A stretch of 64,000 bases of DNA from Terriglobia bacterium (lineage in GTDB: Bacteria > Acidobacteriota > Terriglobia > Acidiferrales > UBA7541), in assembly GCA_963840515.1 (NCBI GenBank), contig CAWIZI010000010.1, forward strand, positions 34,625 through 98,624, given 5' to 3'. The notes beneath the pieces were generated by a model. That model worked only from the letters and a program-made list of their open reading frames with translations, did no database searches and was not told the DNA's origin. Positions 36,727 through 45,802 of this stretch are shown here, in pieces. The stretch's first letter is position 1; each line of letters starts with the position of its first letter. The position numbers and the translations under genes are program-made.

Positions 36727-37710
36727 CTACCGCTCGGTAGTGCGCTGGCGGAAAAATTTCAACGCGGTTGACCGAAGCGTCTCGGGAATGTTTTTATTGT
36801 TTGTTAGCGTTTTCAAATCCGGAATGTGAATGCGCACCAGCAGATGCAGCGAAACATCCAGCGGCGTCTTCGGATTGAAGCAAAGGTTCTTTGCGATGGT
36901 GTAATTCTTCCGGTACGAACGTCCCGTGGCAATCAGCCGCAAAACTTCTTCCGTCAAACTTGTGATGGAAGCGAACCCTTCCACTTCACGTTCAGTTAGC
37001 TTCGGAGATTGCATTACCGCTCGCTGCACCAACCGCGCCGAATCGCGGATGAGCGCCATGCGTTCTTCGCGTCCGCCTTTGAACGCGAGTTGCATGCGTT
37101 CGGTCACGCGCATTTTGGCGAGCCGCTGCAAGAGTGATTCGCGCTTGGTCGGATCTTCTTCGGCATCCTTCACCGCTTCGGCAAGCAGTTCGATGTTCGG
37201 CGGCGCGCCACCATGCTCAAGTTCTTCGAGAAGCCGGCGCTGATCAGGCGAGAGCGCGGTCGAACTGAGCAGCGCAGCGCCCAGTTCTGGACGAATACTC
37301 AGAAGTCCCAGGTCGTCCGCGAGCACCTTCACTTCTTCATCGGGCAGGCGAATCAACGCGTCAATAATGGAATGAATCGGGCAGCCGAGATTTCCGATTA
37401 GCGCGCGCGCGATTTCCGGTTTGCCGATGAACTGTTCGCGGCAATATTCAAATAATTGCGGCGCCGCGTCCGATCGCGCCAAGGCTGCTACGAATGCTTC
37501 CACTGGCACGGCCTGCAGAGCGCTCGCTGCTCGCTCCGCGATTCGCTGGTCGGAATCTTTAGAGAGAATTACCAGCAGCTCGGCTTGGTCGGCTGGCTCA
37601 ATCGAAGAAGTTCCCATGCACACGCCAAGCTTATGTTCAATCGAAGCTTTGCCGGTGCGGAAGGATTCGCGTACTTCGGAGCTTTCGGGGCTAATGGCCG
37701 CCTCCGTCAA
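36727..37710 (-). CDS. hypothetical helical-repeat protein (327 aa)
   Basis: Strong ORF, alpha-helical and Leu/Ala/Glu-rich. No motif I can name. Lies 15 nt downstream of the RodZ-like gene. Confidence 0.5.
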   Translation of the reverse strand: MTEAAISPESSEVRESFRTGKASIEHKLGVCMGTSSIEPADQAELLVILSKDSDQRIAERAASALQAVPVEAFVAALARSDAAPQLFEYCREQFIGKPEIARALIGNLGCPIHSIIDALIRLPDEEVKVLADDLGLLSIRPELGAALLSSTALSPDQRRLLEELEHGGAPPNIELLAEAVKDAEEDPTKRESLLQRLAKMRVTERMQLAFKGGREERMALIRDSARLVQRAVMQSPKLTEREVEGFASITSLTEEVLRLIATGRSYRKNYTIAKNLCFNPKTPLDVSLHLLVRIHIPDLKTLTNNKNIPETLRSTALKFFRQRTTER

Positions 37711-37725
37711 ATATTTTTCAAATCT

Positions 37726-38226
37726 CTAAGCGAAATTCGTTGCGCTGATGATGGCGTGAATATTCTGCGTCGTCGGCGTTTCCACCGCCGGAGTCGGCGT
37801 AGTTGCCGGAGCGGGATGCGCATTCCGTCTGTGCGCCGCAAATTTCCGCCAGCCGTAAATTCCGCCGATCGCGATTCCGCCAATCACAATTAAGATCAGA
37901 ATCCAGGTGAGCCATTGCCCGCGCGGTTCCGGCATCGCGGACTGCCGAACCACGGCGGCCGACGCCGTCGCGCGGTCGCCGGTCGCCAGCATATATTCAG
38001 CCAGCAAACTTTCTTCGTCCAGGCCCAGATGATGCGCCACGGCGCGCACAAATCCCCGGTTAAAAACGCCGCCGGGCAGTTGATCCCACTGCTCATTTTC
38101 AAGAGCGTTCAAAAATCGCGTGCCGATTCGCGTGGCCGAGCAGATTTCGTCCAACGAAATACCGCGCATTTCGCGTTCGCGGCGCAGATGTTCGCCAAAT
38201 CCAGCTTTTGTAGTGGCCTGATTCAT
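37726..38226 (-). CDS. RodZ-like helix-turn-helix protein with one TM helix
   Basis: FGEHLRREREMRGISLDEICSATRIGTRFLNALE..GGVFNRGFVRA (HTH_25/RodZ N-terminal pattern) and TM segment WLTWILILIVIGGIAIGGIYGW. Confidence 0.65.
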   Translation of the reverse strand: MNQATTKAGFGEHLRREREMRGISLDEICSATRIGTRFLNALENEQWDQLPGGVFNRGFVRAVAHHLGLDEESLLAEYMLATGDRATASAAVVRQSAMPEPRGQWLTWILILIVIGGIAIGGIYGWRKFAAHRRNAHPAPATTPTPAVETPTTQNIHAIISATNFA

Positions 38227-38485
38227 TCAATTGAACTTTGTGGCGCAGGTTTCCGCGGAAATGTTCGCACGAAGTCCGCAAATCAATATAGGCGGCGGTC
38301 AAAGGGGTGTCAATCCGAGCGAGTGTTTGAGTGGCATGTGTTCCGTGTAGTCACATCGTGTGCAAGACCAGATTGCATGTCCTCAATAACGATGTTAGAA
38401 ACTTATGTTGGCCCTTTTCGCGCGGGTTTGTCCGCGCATGTGTAATTTTAGAGGCTATTGGATTTCCATGAGGGCCTGAATCCGA

Positions 38486-39583
38486 ATGTCTGACGCAAAC
38501 AATTTTGAAGGCGTTGACCGCCGCCGCAACCTCGCAGCGCCGCGCGCAGGCCGGCCTGCGGGCGAAGTCACGGTATTCCGCGAGCTTGGAAAAGCCCTCA
38601 CCAGTTCCCTCGAACTTGAACAGGTTTTGCGCACCATCATGGAAAAAATTGATGAGTTCCTGCGGCCGGACACCTGGTCAATGCTTCTGGTGGACGAAGC
38701 CACGCAGGAACTTTATTTCGAGCTGGCCATTGGAAAAGGCGCAGCGGCGCTGAAAGAAGTGCGCATCAAGATGGGACAGGGAATCGCCGGTTGGGTGGCG
38801 CAAAATAATCAGGCTGTGATTGTGCCGGACGTGAGCACGGACACGCGCTTTTTTTCTCAAGTGGATCAGAAAACAAATATGGAAACGCAGTCCATCGTCG
38901 CTGTGCCGGTGCGTTTCCGCGATCGCTGTTTGGGCGTGATCGAGCTGGTGAATTGCATTGGCCCGGAAGGATTTGACGAGCGGAGTCTGGCGCTGCTGGA
39001 AGCGCTTTCCGATTTTGCCGCCATCGCAATCGAAAATGCACGCCACGTAAAACGGATTCATGAGCTGACCATCACCGACGATTGCACCAATTTATATAAT
39101 GCGCGGCATTTGCATTTTATTTTGGAAACAGAAATCTACCGTTCGCAAAGATATGGCTACGAATTCTCTCTAATCTTCATTGACCTGGATTTCTTCAAGC
39201 GAGTGAACGACACGCACGGCCATTTGATGGGATCAAAACTGCTCGCCGAAGTCGGACAATTATTGAAAACGAATTGCCGCCTGATTGATTTCGCATTTCG
39301 CTACGGCGGCGACGAATTTGTAATCCTGCTTCCGCAAACTTCCAAAGAAAGCGCGTGCACCGTTGCGCGCCGCCTGCACAAGATTGTTCGCGATACCACT
39401 TGGCTCACCAGCGACGGCCTTAACGTGCGCATCACGCCGAGCATTGGCGTCGCGTCGTATCCCGCCGATTCACGCACCAAGCTTCAGTTGCTGCAACTTG
39501 CCGACGACGCGATGTATGACGTGAAGAATACGACGCGCGATGGCGTCTGCGCGGCCGGTCAGGGACGACTCGTCATTTCCTGA
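38486..39583 (+). CDS. GAF-domain diguanylate cyclase (GGDEF)
   Basis: GAF block GIAGWVAQNNQAVIVPDV..., active site RYGGDEFVILL with an I-site-like RLID five residues upstream. Confidence 0.85.
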   Translation: MSDANNFEGVDRRRNLAAPRAGRPAGEVTVFRELGKALTSSLELEQVLRTIMEKIDEFLRPDTWSMLLVDEATQELYFELAIGKGAAALKEVRIKMGQGIAGWVAQNNQAVIVPDVSTDTRFFSQVDQKTNMETQSIVAVPVRFRDRCLGVIELVNCIGPEGFDERSLALLEALSDFAAIAIENARHVKRIHELTITDDCTNLYNARHLHFILETEIYRSQRYGYEFSLIFIDLDFFKRVNDTHGHLMGSKLLAEVGQLLKTNCRLIDFAFRYGGDEFVILLPQTSKESACTVARRLHKIVRDTTWLTSDGLNVRITPSIGVASYPADSRTKLQLLQLADDAMYDVKNTTRDGVCAAGQGRLVIS

Positions 39584-39678
39584 TTTTCATAAAATTACAT
39601 ATTCATCTTCCAGTCAGGGTTGGTTTGGGTGTACAAACTCTTTTTCGGCGAGTACACCGATTTTGGAGGGCTTCGCAC

Positions 39679-40635
39679 ATGAAGGAACCTGCCGATGTAT
39701 CTGAAATCCGAAGGAAGTTTTTGCTGAGCACGGCTGGATTGCTCACAGCTGGCGCTTCCCTCGTAATCGGCTTCATACCTTCGACGCCAAGCTGGGCGCA
39801 GTCACAAACGCAAGATAAATCCGCCAACAAAAGCACCCTCCAATACGACGTCGCGTCGATAAAACGATTCATTCCCGGCGGGCCTCTCATCTTGAATGGA
39901 TTTCACCCATTTGTAGAAACGCCAGACGGGCTCGTGGTGAGAACGGCAACGGTGAAGATGCTGATTCTACGAGCCTACGGAGTCGATGCCTATCAGATAA
40001 CTGGAGGGCCAGACTGGCTCAATTCTGAACGTTACGATATCGATGCGAAATTTGACGGCGCTACGGCTGATGAACTGCAAAAGCTCGGCCCGACTGAGCG
40101 CATTCTAGCGCGACAGCGGATGCTTCAAACGATTCTCAGTGAGCGATTCAACTTAACGATTCACCGGGACACGAAGGAATTCCAAGTCTATTCGCTCGTT
40201 GTTGCAAAGAACGGCCCGAAAGTTAAGGAAGTAAAACTTGATGACGTTGACCCGAGCAAGCCTAAGACAGGTCCGGCACCCGGTTCCGCACAGATGACGT
40301 CGGGAGCGGCAGGAGGGCAAATGAGAGGATTTGCATCTCCTCTCTCGAATTTGACTTCAATGCTGACGAACTACTTGCACCGGCCAGTTATAGACAGAAC
40401 CGGACTTACAGGAATATATGACTACACCTTGCGTTGGACTTCGGACGACGGTCAATCGCAGTCTTCATCCAGCATTCAAGGCGGTTCGCCGAGTGGTCTG
40501 CCGTCGACTGATCCTTCCGGCGGCGCATCTTTGCTTACCGCAATTCAGGAGCAGCTTGGTTTGAAATTGGAATCCGCGAAGAGCCCCATTGAACTTACTG
40601 TGATCGATCACGTCGAAAGGCCTTCGGGAAATTAG
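39679..40635 (+). CDS. TIGR03435-family soil-associated protein, second paralog
   Basis: YDVASIK, SERYDIDAK, QVYSLVVAKNGPK and a C-terminal EQLGLKLESAKSPIELTVIDHVERPSGN. Start at ATG 39679. Confidence 0.75.
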   Translation: MKEPADVSEIRRKFLLSTAGLLTAGASLVIGFIPSTPSWAQSQTQDKSANKSTLQYDVASIKRFIPGGPLILNGFHPFVETPDGLVVRTATVKMLILRAYGVDAYQITGGPDWLNSERYDIDAKFDGATADELQKLGPTERILARQRMLQTILSERFNLTIHRDTKEFQVYSLVVAKNGPKVKEVKLDDVDPSKPKTGPAPGSAQMTSGAAGGQMRGFASPLSNLTSMLTNYLHRPVIDRTGLTGIYDYTLRWTSDDGQSQSSSSIQGGSPSGLPSTDPSGGASLLTAIQEQLGLKLESAKSPIELTVIDHVERPSGN

Positions 40636-40804
40636 CATTGGGCTTCAGTTTTCCACAGTTTTCTTCCGCGCAGTGCGCTCGCATTCCTTGATTCACTCCG
40701 AAGCCCATGCTAGGCTCATGCCTCAAGGTGGCAGCGGCACGTCACCAGCACGAATTTTTCCAGAAAATTTTTGAAACAGCGGAAGTTCCGCGAGCGAGGG
40801 TTCG

Positions 40805-41101
40805 ATGTCCTACGAGGCGTTGGGAATGATTGAGACCAAAGGGCTGGTGGCCAGTATTGAAGCCGCCGACGCGATGGTTAAGGCCGCCAACGTCACGCTG
40901 ATGGGCAAGGAATACATCGGCGCGGGATATGTGACCGTGATGGTGCGCGGTGATGTCGGCGCGGTGAAAGCTGCAACGGATGCTGGAGCTGCCGCTGCAC
41001 GGCGCGTCGGAGAACTGGTTGCGGTTCACGTGATTCCGCGTCCACACGAGCACGTTGAAAAAATTCTTCCCGGCGGAAATAAGCCGCAGGGCGCAAAGTA
41101 G
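40805..41101 (+). CDS. bacterial microcompartment shell protein, BMC-H (PduA/EutM-like hexamer subunit)
   Basis: 98 aa: [85 protein letters not shown]. This is close to the PduA sequence over the full length. GAGGG lies 5 nt upstream of the ATG. Confidence 0.9.
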   Translation: MSYEALGMIETKGLVASIEAADAMVKAANVTLMGKEYIGAGYVTVMVRGDVGAVKAATDAGAAAARRVGELVAVHVIPRPHEHVEKILPGGNKPQGAK

Positions 41102-41190
41102 TCCTTCTATTTCTTCATCCGCGTGAAAAATATTTTGCGCGGCGCCGCGGACGCACCGGCTAATCTCGACGAAGTTTTGGGTAAAGCGCT

Positions 41191-43002
41191 TTGGAACTGC
41201 GCGACCGCGATCTCATCTCCATTCAGGAAGCCCGTGAGCTGGCAGCACTGGCCCTCATAGCCCAGCAGAAATTCGCTCGATTCTCCCAGGAAAAAGTGGA
41301 TGCAATTGTGGAAGCCGTCGCGAAAGCAACGGCTGCTGAGGCGGAAACTCTTGCGCGTGCGGCGGTTGAAGAAACTGGCTACGGCAATGTGCCCGACAAA
41401 ATTCTGAAGAATCGTGTCGGCGCGATTGATGTGCCGAATGCGATTCGTGGAATGCGAACGGTCGGCATCGTCAACGAAGACAAAGAAAAGAAAATTTTGG
41501 AAGTCGCGGTGCCGGTCGGAGTGATCTGCGCGATTATTCCCGTTACCAATCCTACTTCTACTGCGATTTACAAAACTTTGATTGCACTGAAGGCGCGGAA
41601 CGCGATTGTGCTCAGTCCGCATCCCGGAGCGGTGCGCTGTATTTGTCAGACGGCGAAATTGCTTGCGCGTGCTGCGGTTGCCGCCGGCGCGCCCGAAGGA
41701 ATTGTGACCTGCATGGAGCGCAACACGCTGGCTGGCACGCAGGAATTAATGCGCGCTCCGGAAGTTGGATTAATTTTGGCGACGGGCGGCACCGGACTTG
41801 TGCGCGCCGCGTACAGTTCCGGTAAGCCCGCGTATGGAGTCGGCCCCGGGAATGTGCCTGCGTTCGTCGAGCACACCGCGAATGTGCAAAAAGCCGTCGC
41901 AGATATTTTCGCGGGAAAAACTTTTGACTACGGAACGCTGTGCTCGTCCGAGCAGGCAATTGTCGTCGAAGAAGCTGTGCGTGATGCCGCGCTGGAAGAA
42001 TGCCGCAAGCAGGGCGGATATTTTCTGAATGACGACGAAGCCCGCGCGATCGCCGAATTAATTTTCCCCGGAGGATCGCACGCGCCCAGTCCGAAGGTTG
42101 TTGGAAGGCACGCGACGCACGTCGCAGAGCTTGCCGGAATAAAAGTTCCGGCCGAAACGCGCGTACTGATTGCGCGATTGAATGGAGTTGGCCGCAGCGT
42201 TCCACTTTCCGGCGAAAAACTCTGCCCGGTTCTGGGATTTTATTCCGTGCCGAATCTTGCCGCGGGCATTGACCTGTGCACGCAGCTTCTGCGCTACGGC
42301 GGCATGGGTCACACGGCGAGCATTCATTCGCAGAACGATGCCGCCATTCGCGAATACGGATTGGCCGTGCCCGCGTTTCGAGTGTGCGTGAATACGGCTT
42401 CCACGCAGGGTTCCGTCGGATATTCCACAAACTTATTTCCTGCGATGACGCTAGGCTGCGGCGCGCTTGGCGGGAACATTACCTCCGATAATATCGGTCC
42501 GCAGCATTTGATGAATCTTCGCCGAGTGGCGTGGGAATCACGCGCGGTTGAACATCGCACAATTTCCGCCGCGGATCGCATGAACGCGCCTGCAGCGGCA
42601 AAGGTGGCGGCTGCATCCGCCATTCCAAAAGGAGTGACAGTGAAGCCAACAAATCCAGTGCCGCAATCGCAGCCTTCGAGCACATCTGGAATTCCAGATC
42701 GCGCTGCGATTGCGCATGCAGTCGAACATGTGATGGCCCATTTCGGCATAGCGCGCGGCGCGGCAAGATCAGCAAACCCATCGGAAGCGCCCGCGCCGTC
42801 AGCGACAAAAGCTGTCGCCACAAATGTTTCTCCGTTTGTTACCGAAGGCGACGTGCGCCGCGCCGTCACTCGTGGCGAGAAAATTTTCATCGGCCCGAAA
42901 ACAATTCTCACTCCTTCGGCGCGCGATGTTGCAGGCTCCGAAAATGTGCTCGTCTTGACGGACTACGTTCCTCCAGCCCGCGCCGCCAGTACTTCCGAAT
43001 AA
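41191..43002 (+). CDS. CoA-acylating aldehyde dehydrogenase (AdhE N-terminal-domain type) with a roughly 150-aa C-terminal extension
   Basis: SQEKVDAIVEAVAKA, IIPVTNPTST, ATGGTGLVRAAYSSGKPAYGVGPGN, and catalytic Cys in KTFDYGTLCSSEQAIVV (TGC at 41941). The only in-frame start after the upstream TAA that keeps the conserved N-terminus is TTG 41191. Confidence 0.85.
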   Translation: MELRDRDLISIQEARELAALALIAQQKFARFSQEKVDAIVEAVAKATAAEAETLARAAVEETGYGNVPDKILKNRVGAIDVPNAIRGMRTVGIVNEDKEKKILEVAVPVGVICAIIPVTNPTSTAIYKTLIALKARNAIVLSPHPGAVRCICQTAKLLARAAVAAGAPEGIVTCMERNTLAGTQELMRAPEVGLILATGGTGLVRAAYSSGKPAYGVGPGNVPAFVEHTANVQKAVADIFAGKTFDYGTLCSSEQAIVVEEAVRDAALEECRKQGGYFLNDDEARAIAELIFPGGSHAPSPKVVGRHATHVAELAGIKVPAETRVLIARLNGVGRSVPLSGEKLCPVLGFYSVPNLAAGIDLCTQLLRYGGMGHTASIHSQNDAAIREYGLAVPAFRVCVNTASTQGSVGYSTNLFPAMTLGCGALGGNITSDNIGPQHLMNLRRVAWESRAVEHRTISAADRMNAPAAAKVAAASAIPKGVTVKPTNPVPQSQPSSTSGIPDRAAIAHAVEHVMAHFGIARGAARSANPSEAPAPSATKAVATNVSPFVTEGDVRRAVTRGEKIFIGPKTILTPSARDVAGSENVLVLTDYVPPARAASTSE

Positions 43003-43083
43003 AGAGCCGCCGCGCTCATCCCCTAAATATTTGTTGCAGATTTGTTCTAGAATGCATTCTGGAGTCAGAAGCACGCCTGAATC

Positions 43084-45795
43084 ATGCGCAGAACTCAAGC
43101 AAATCGCTACGCGATCGCGTCGGTAGTCGTCGCAGCACTGCTGATCATCGCGGTGCTGGGCGTTTATTTACGTCGATCGCGGCAAGCCGCCGAGGCCAAG
43201 AAAAATTCGCCGCCGTCCGTGCCTTCGTCCATTGAGCGTTCGTCGGAAGGCTTCACGTACACGCAGGGCAGCGGCGATCACATCGTATTTGTCGTACACG
43301 CTTCGAGTGCGACAACATTTAAAGGCGCGCCAAACGCCAGTTCGCTGAAGGATGCTGAAAAAAACGTGCTTCTCAACGTGCGAGGCACCGTTTACGGACG
43401 CAATGAAGACCGCAACGATAACATTCACACCAACTCCTGTGATTTCTACCAGCAGGAATCTGGGAAGAATTCCAATACGAAATCTCAAAAGTCTTCGGAT
43501 CGCGGCAGCATGATCTGCTCCGGCGAAGTTTTGATGGATTTGCAAAGCGCGAAGGATGCGAAGCGCGGCGGTTCCCCGCAGCCGGGCGATGTTTCCGATC
43601 CGCGCATCATTCGCGTGATCACAAAAGGTGTGACGTTCGACATTAGTTCCGCTGATGGACATACGGATCAGCGTGTGGACTTTCAATTCTCCGGTGGAAA
43701 GGGAACTGCGATTGGCGCGGACTACAACGGCGACGATGGCACTCTTCAATTACTTCACGAGGTGCATCTTTCACTGAATGCCACGCCGCCCCAAAGCGCG
43801 AAGAATCAAAGTAAATCTTCCGTCGCGCCCATTCCGGTGGATGTTGTCGGCTCAAGTTTAATATTCCGGCGCGATGCGAAAGTGGCCGTTCTGCACGGGC
43901 CCGTCATCGTGACCCAAGTGACGGCCACGCCTTCCGCGAATACCGCCGTCAATGGCGCGGCGGCTGCTCGCACCGGCTCGCATATATTGCACGCCAGCTT
44001 GCTTACTGTGGATATGGACGCGCTGCTCCGCGCGAAAAAACTTACAGCCGATGGCGATGCAAAAGCGCGCCCGAACGTAGTGTTCGATAGCCCGAAAGGC
44101 GCGGGTACAATCACCGCCGATAAATTTATTGCGGATCTGGATGTGGACGGCACGGCGAAACATTTTTCCGCGCAAGGAAATGTGCAAGGCGATTTCACCA
44201 GCGCGAAGTCCGGCGAAACGGATCATCTTTCCGCCGCGCGTGTGGATGCCGATATGGTGCCGAAAATAAATCAGCCGCGTCTGGTAACGGCAGTCGGCGG
44301 CGTGAAAATGAATTCAGTTCGAGAAGGCCGCACGCGCAGCCTGGAAACAGCAAGCGCCGAAATTAATTTTGTTCCCGGCGTTCCATCGCATCCCGGCGCG
44401 CCGCCTTCGTATCACGCGGATCGCGCGCGCACGCTGGCTCCGGCCACGATGATCACTCGCGAGCCCGTTGCGGGAACCGATCAGATGACGGTGACTCGCG
44501 CCAGTGGACAGCAAATGGAAGTTGGCTTCGACGAACGTAATCGTATGCGGCGTCTGCTTGCGCACAACGGCACGCAGTTGGATCGCGATATTCCCGGCAA
44601 GCCACACGAAGCTTCCAAGCACCAAAATTCCACGTCGCAGGAACTGGTTGCCGATTTCGATCCGAAGGGCCAGTGGACAACGGTTGATCAATCCGGGAAT
44701 GTGCATTTTCAATCCGGCGATCAGTCAGGCCAGTCCGCGAAATCGCATGTGGATCGCGCCACCAACGTCGAAACTCTCACGGGTTCTGCGGAAGCATCCG
44801 ATGCGGCTAGCCACACCACCGCCGACACCATCGTGTTCAATCAAACTACGAATGAAATTCGCGCCGACGGACATGTGGTCACTGCTTATCGCAAGACCGT
44901 AGATGGTACGACAACGTCGGCCGGCACAGTTGGCACGCCGTTATCGCTCGGTCCAGATCCCGCCAACATCACGTCCGAACATTTAGTCGGGAGTTCCGTT
45001 AGCGGCCACGCGGTTTATACGGGCCATGCACGTCTGTGGCAGGGTGATTCCACAATGGAGGCCGACGAAATCGAACTGGACCGCGATAACAGGCAGCTCG
45101 ATGCTCGCGGAAATGTGCGGGCGGTATTTATTCAAGTGGGCGCTTCGCCGGTGCAGAAGCCCGCTGCCGCGCCGCCTCCGCATCCGCCGCAACACCCTCC
45201 TCAGCATCCGGCCGCGAGTCCGAAAGGGGGCGGGACCGCAAAACCGCCGGCGAATAATGCCAAGCCGCCGGTGCCGACGACCAGCACTGCAAAGCAGGCG
45301 CCAGCGCCTTCAGGGCCGGACGTAATTCGTTTGCGCGCCGCAACCTTGACGTATTGGGACGCGAAATCCCAGGCGCATATGGAAGGCGGTTGCACCGCCG
45401 AATCGCGCGACGGCACGATCACGGGCCAAGCCTGCGATCTTTTCTTTGCGCCATCGACAAAACCAGAAGGTTCAGCGCCCACGTCGCAAACCGCTGCCAA
45501 AGCGCCATCAGGAACTCCTCAGACCGCCCCCGGCGCCACGCAGCGGCTCGATCACGCCGTCTTCATCGGCAATGTTGTCGTCCACTCGGAGGACCGCCGC
45601 GCGGTTGGCGAGCGTGGGCAATACGACTCCGCATCCTCGAAGTTCGTAATTTCCGGCGGAAAACCAACACTTTACGACGGTTCTGGAACATCAACAACGG
45701 GCCGTCAATTGACCTTCCTAATAGCGGATGATACGATTCTCGTAGAGTCGGAAGAAGGCACGCGCACATTAACTCGCTATCAGGTCAAGAAATGA
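43084..45795 (+). CDS. giant (903 aa) membrane-anchored LptC/LptA (OstA)-like LPS transport protein with several OstA-like modules and a Pro-rich segment
   Basis: N-terminal TM segment [19 protein letters not shown]. Repeated blocks of the type [24 protein letters not shown] and [36 protein letters not shown]. Lies immediately upstream of lptB-rpoN. Confidence 0.65.
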   Translation: MRRTQANRYAIASVVVAALLIIAVLGVYLRRSRQAAEAKKNSPPSVPSSIERSSEGFTYTQGSGDHIVFVVHASSATTFKGAPNASSLKDAEKNVLLNVRGTVYGRNEDRNDNIHTNSCDFYQQESGKNSNTKSQKSSDRGSMICSGEVLMDLQSAKDAKRGGSPQPGDVSDPRIIRVITKGVTFDISSADGHTDQRVDFQFSGGKGTAIGADYNGDDGTLQLLHEVHLSLNATPPQSAKNQSKSSVAPIPVDVVGSSLIFRRDAKVAVLHGPVIVTQVTATPSANTAVNGAAAARTGSHILHASLLTVDMDALLRAKKLTADGDAKARPNVVFDSPKGAGTITADKFIADLDVDGTAKHFSAQGNVQGDFTSAKSGETDHLSAARVDADMVPKINQPRLVTAVGGVKMNSVREGRTRSLETASAEINFVPGVPSHPGAPPSYHADRARTLAPATMITREPVAGTDQMTVTRASGQQMEVGFDERNRMRRLLAHNGTQLDRDIPGKPHEASKHQNSTSQELVADFDPKGQWTTVDQSGNVHFQSGDQSGQSAKSHVDRATNVETLTGSAEASDAASHTTADTIVFNQTTNEIRADGHVVTAYRKTVDGTTTSAGTVGTPLSLGPDPANITSEHLVGSSVSGHAVYTGHARLWQGDSTMEADEIELDRDNRQLDARGNVRAVFIQVGASPVQKPAAAPPPHPPQHPPQHPAASPKGGGTAKPPANNAKPPVPTTSTAKQAPAPSGPDVIRLRAATLTYWDAKSQAHMEGGCTAESRDGTITGQACDLFFAPSTKPEGSAPTSQTAAKAPSGTPQTAPGATQRLDHAVFIGNVVVHSEDRRAVGERGQYDSASSKFVISGGKPTLYDGSGTSTTGRQLTFLIADDTILVESEEGTRTLTRYQVKK

Positions 45796-45802
45796 ACTGA
45801 AG

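Noticed and set aside
41612-42430. 272-aa minus-strand ORF inside the aldehyde dehydrogenase gene; I checked it as a possible missing BMC partner gene
   Set aside because: It is antisense to the conserved dehydrogenase core, Arg/Pro-rich, and has no BMC-P, PduL or other recognisable signature.
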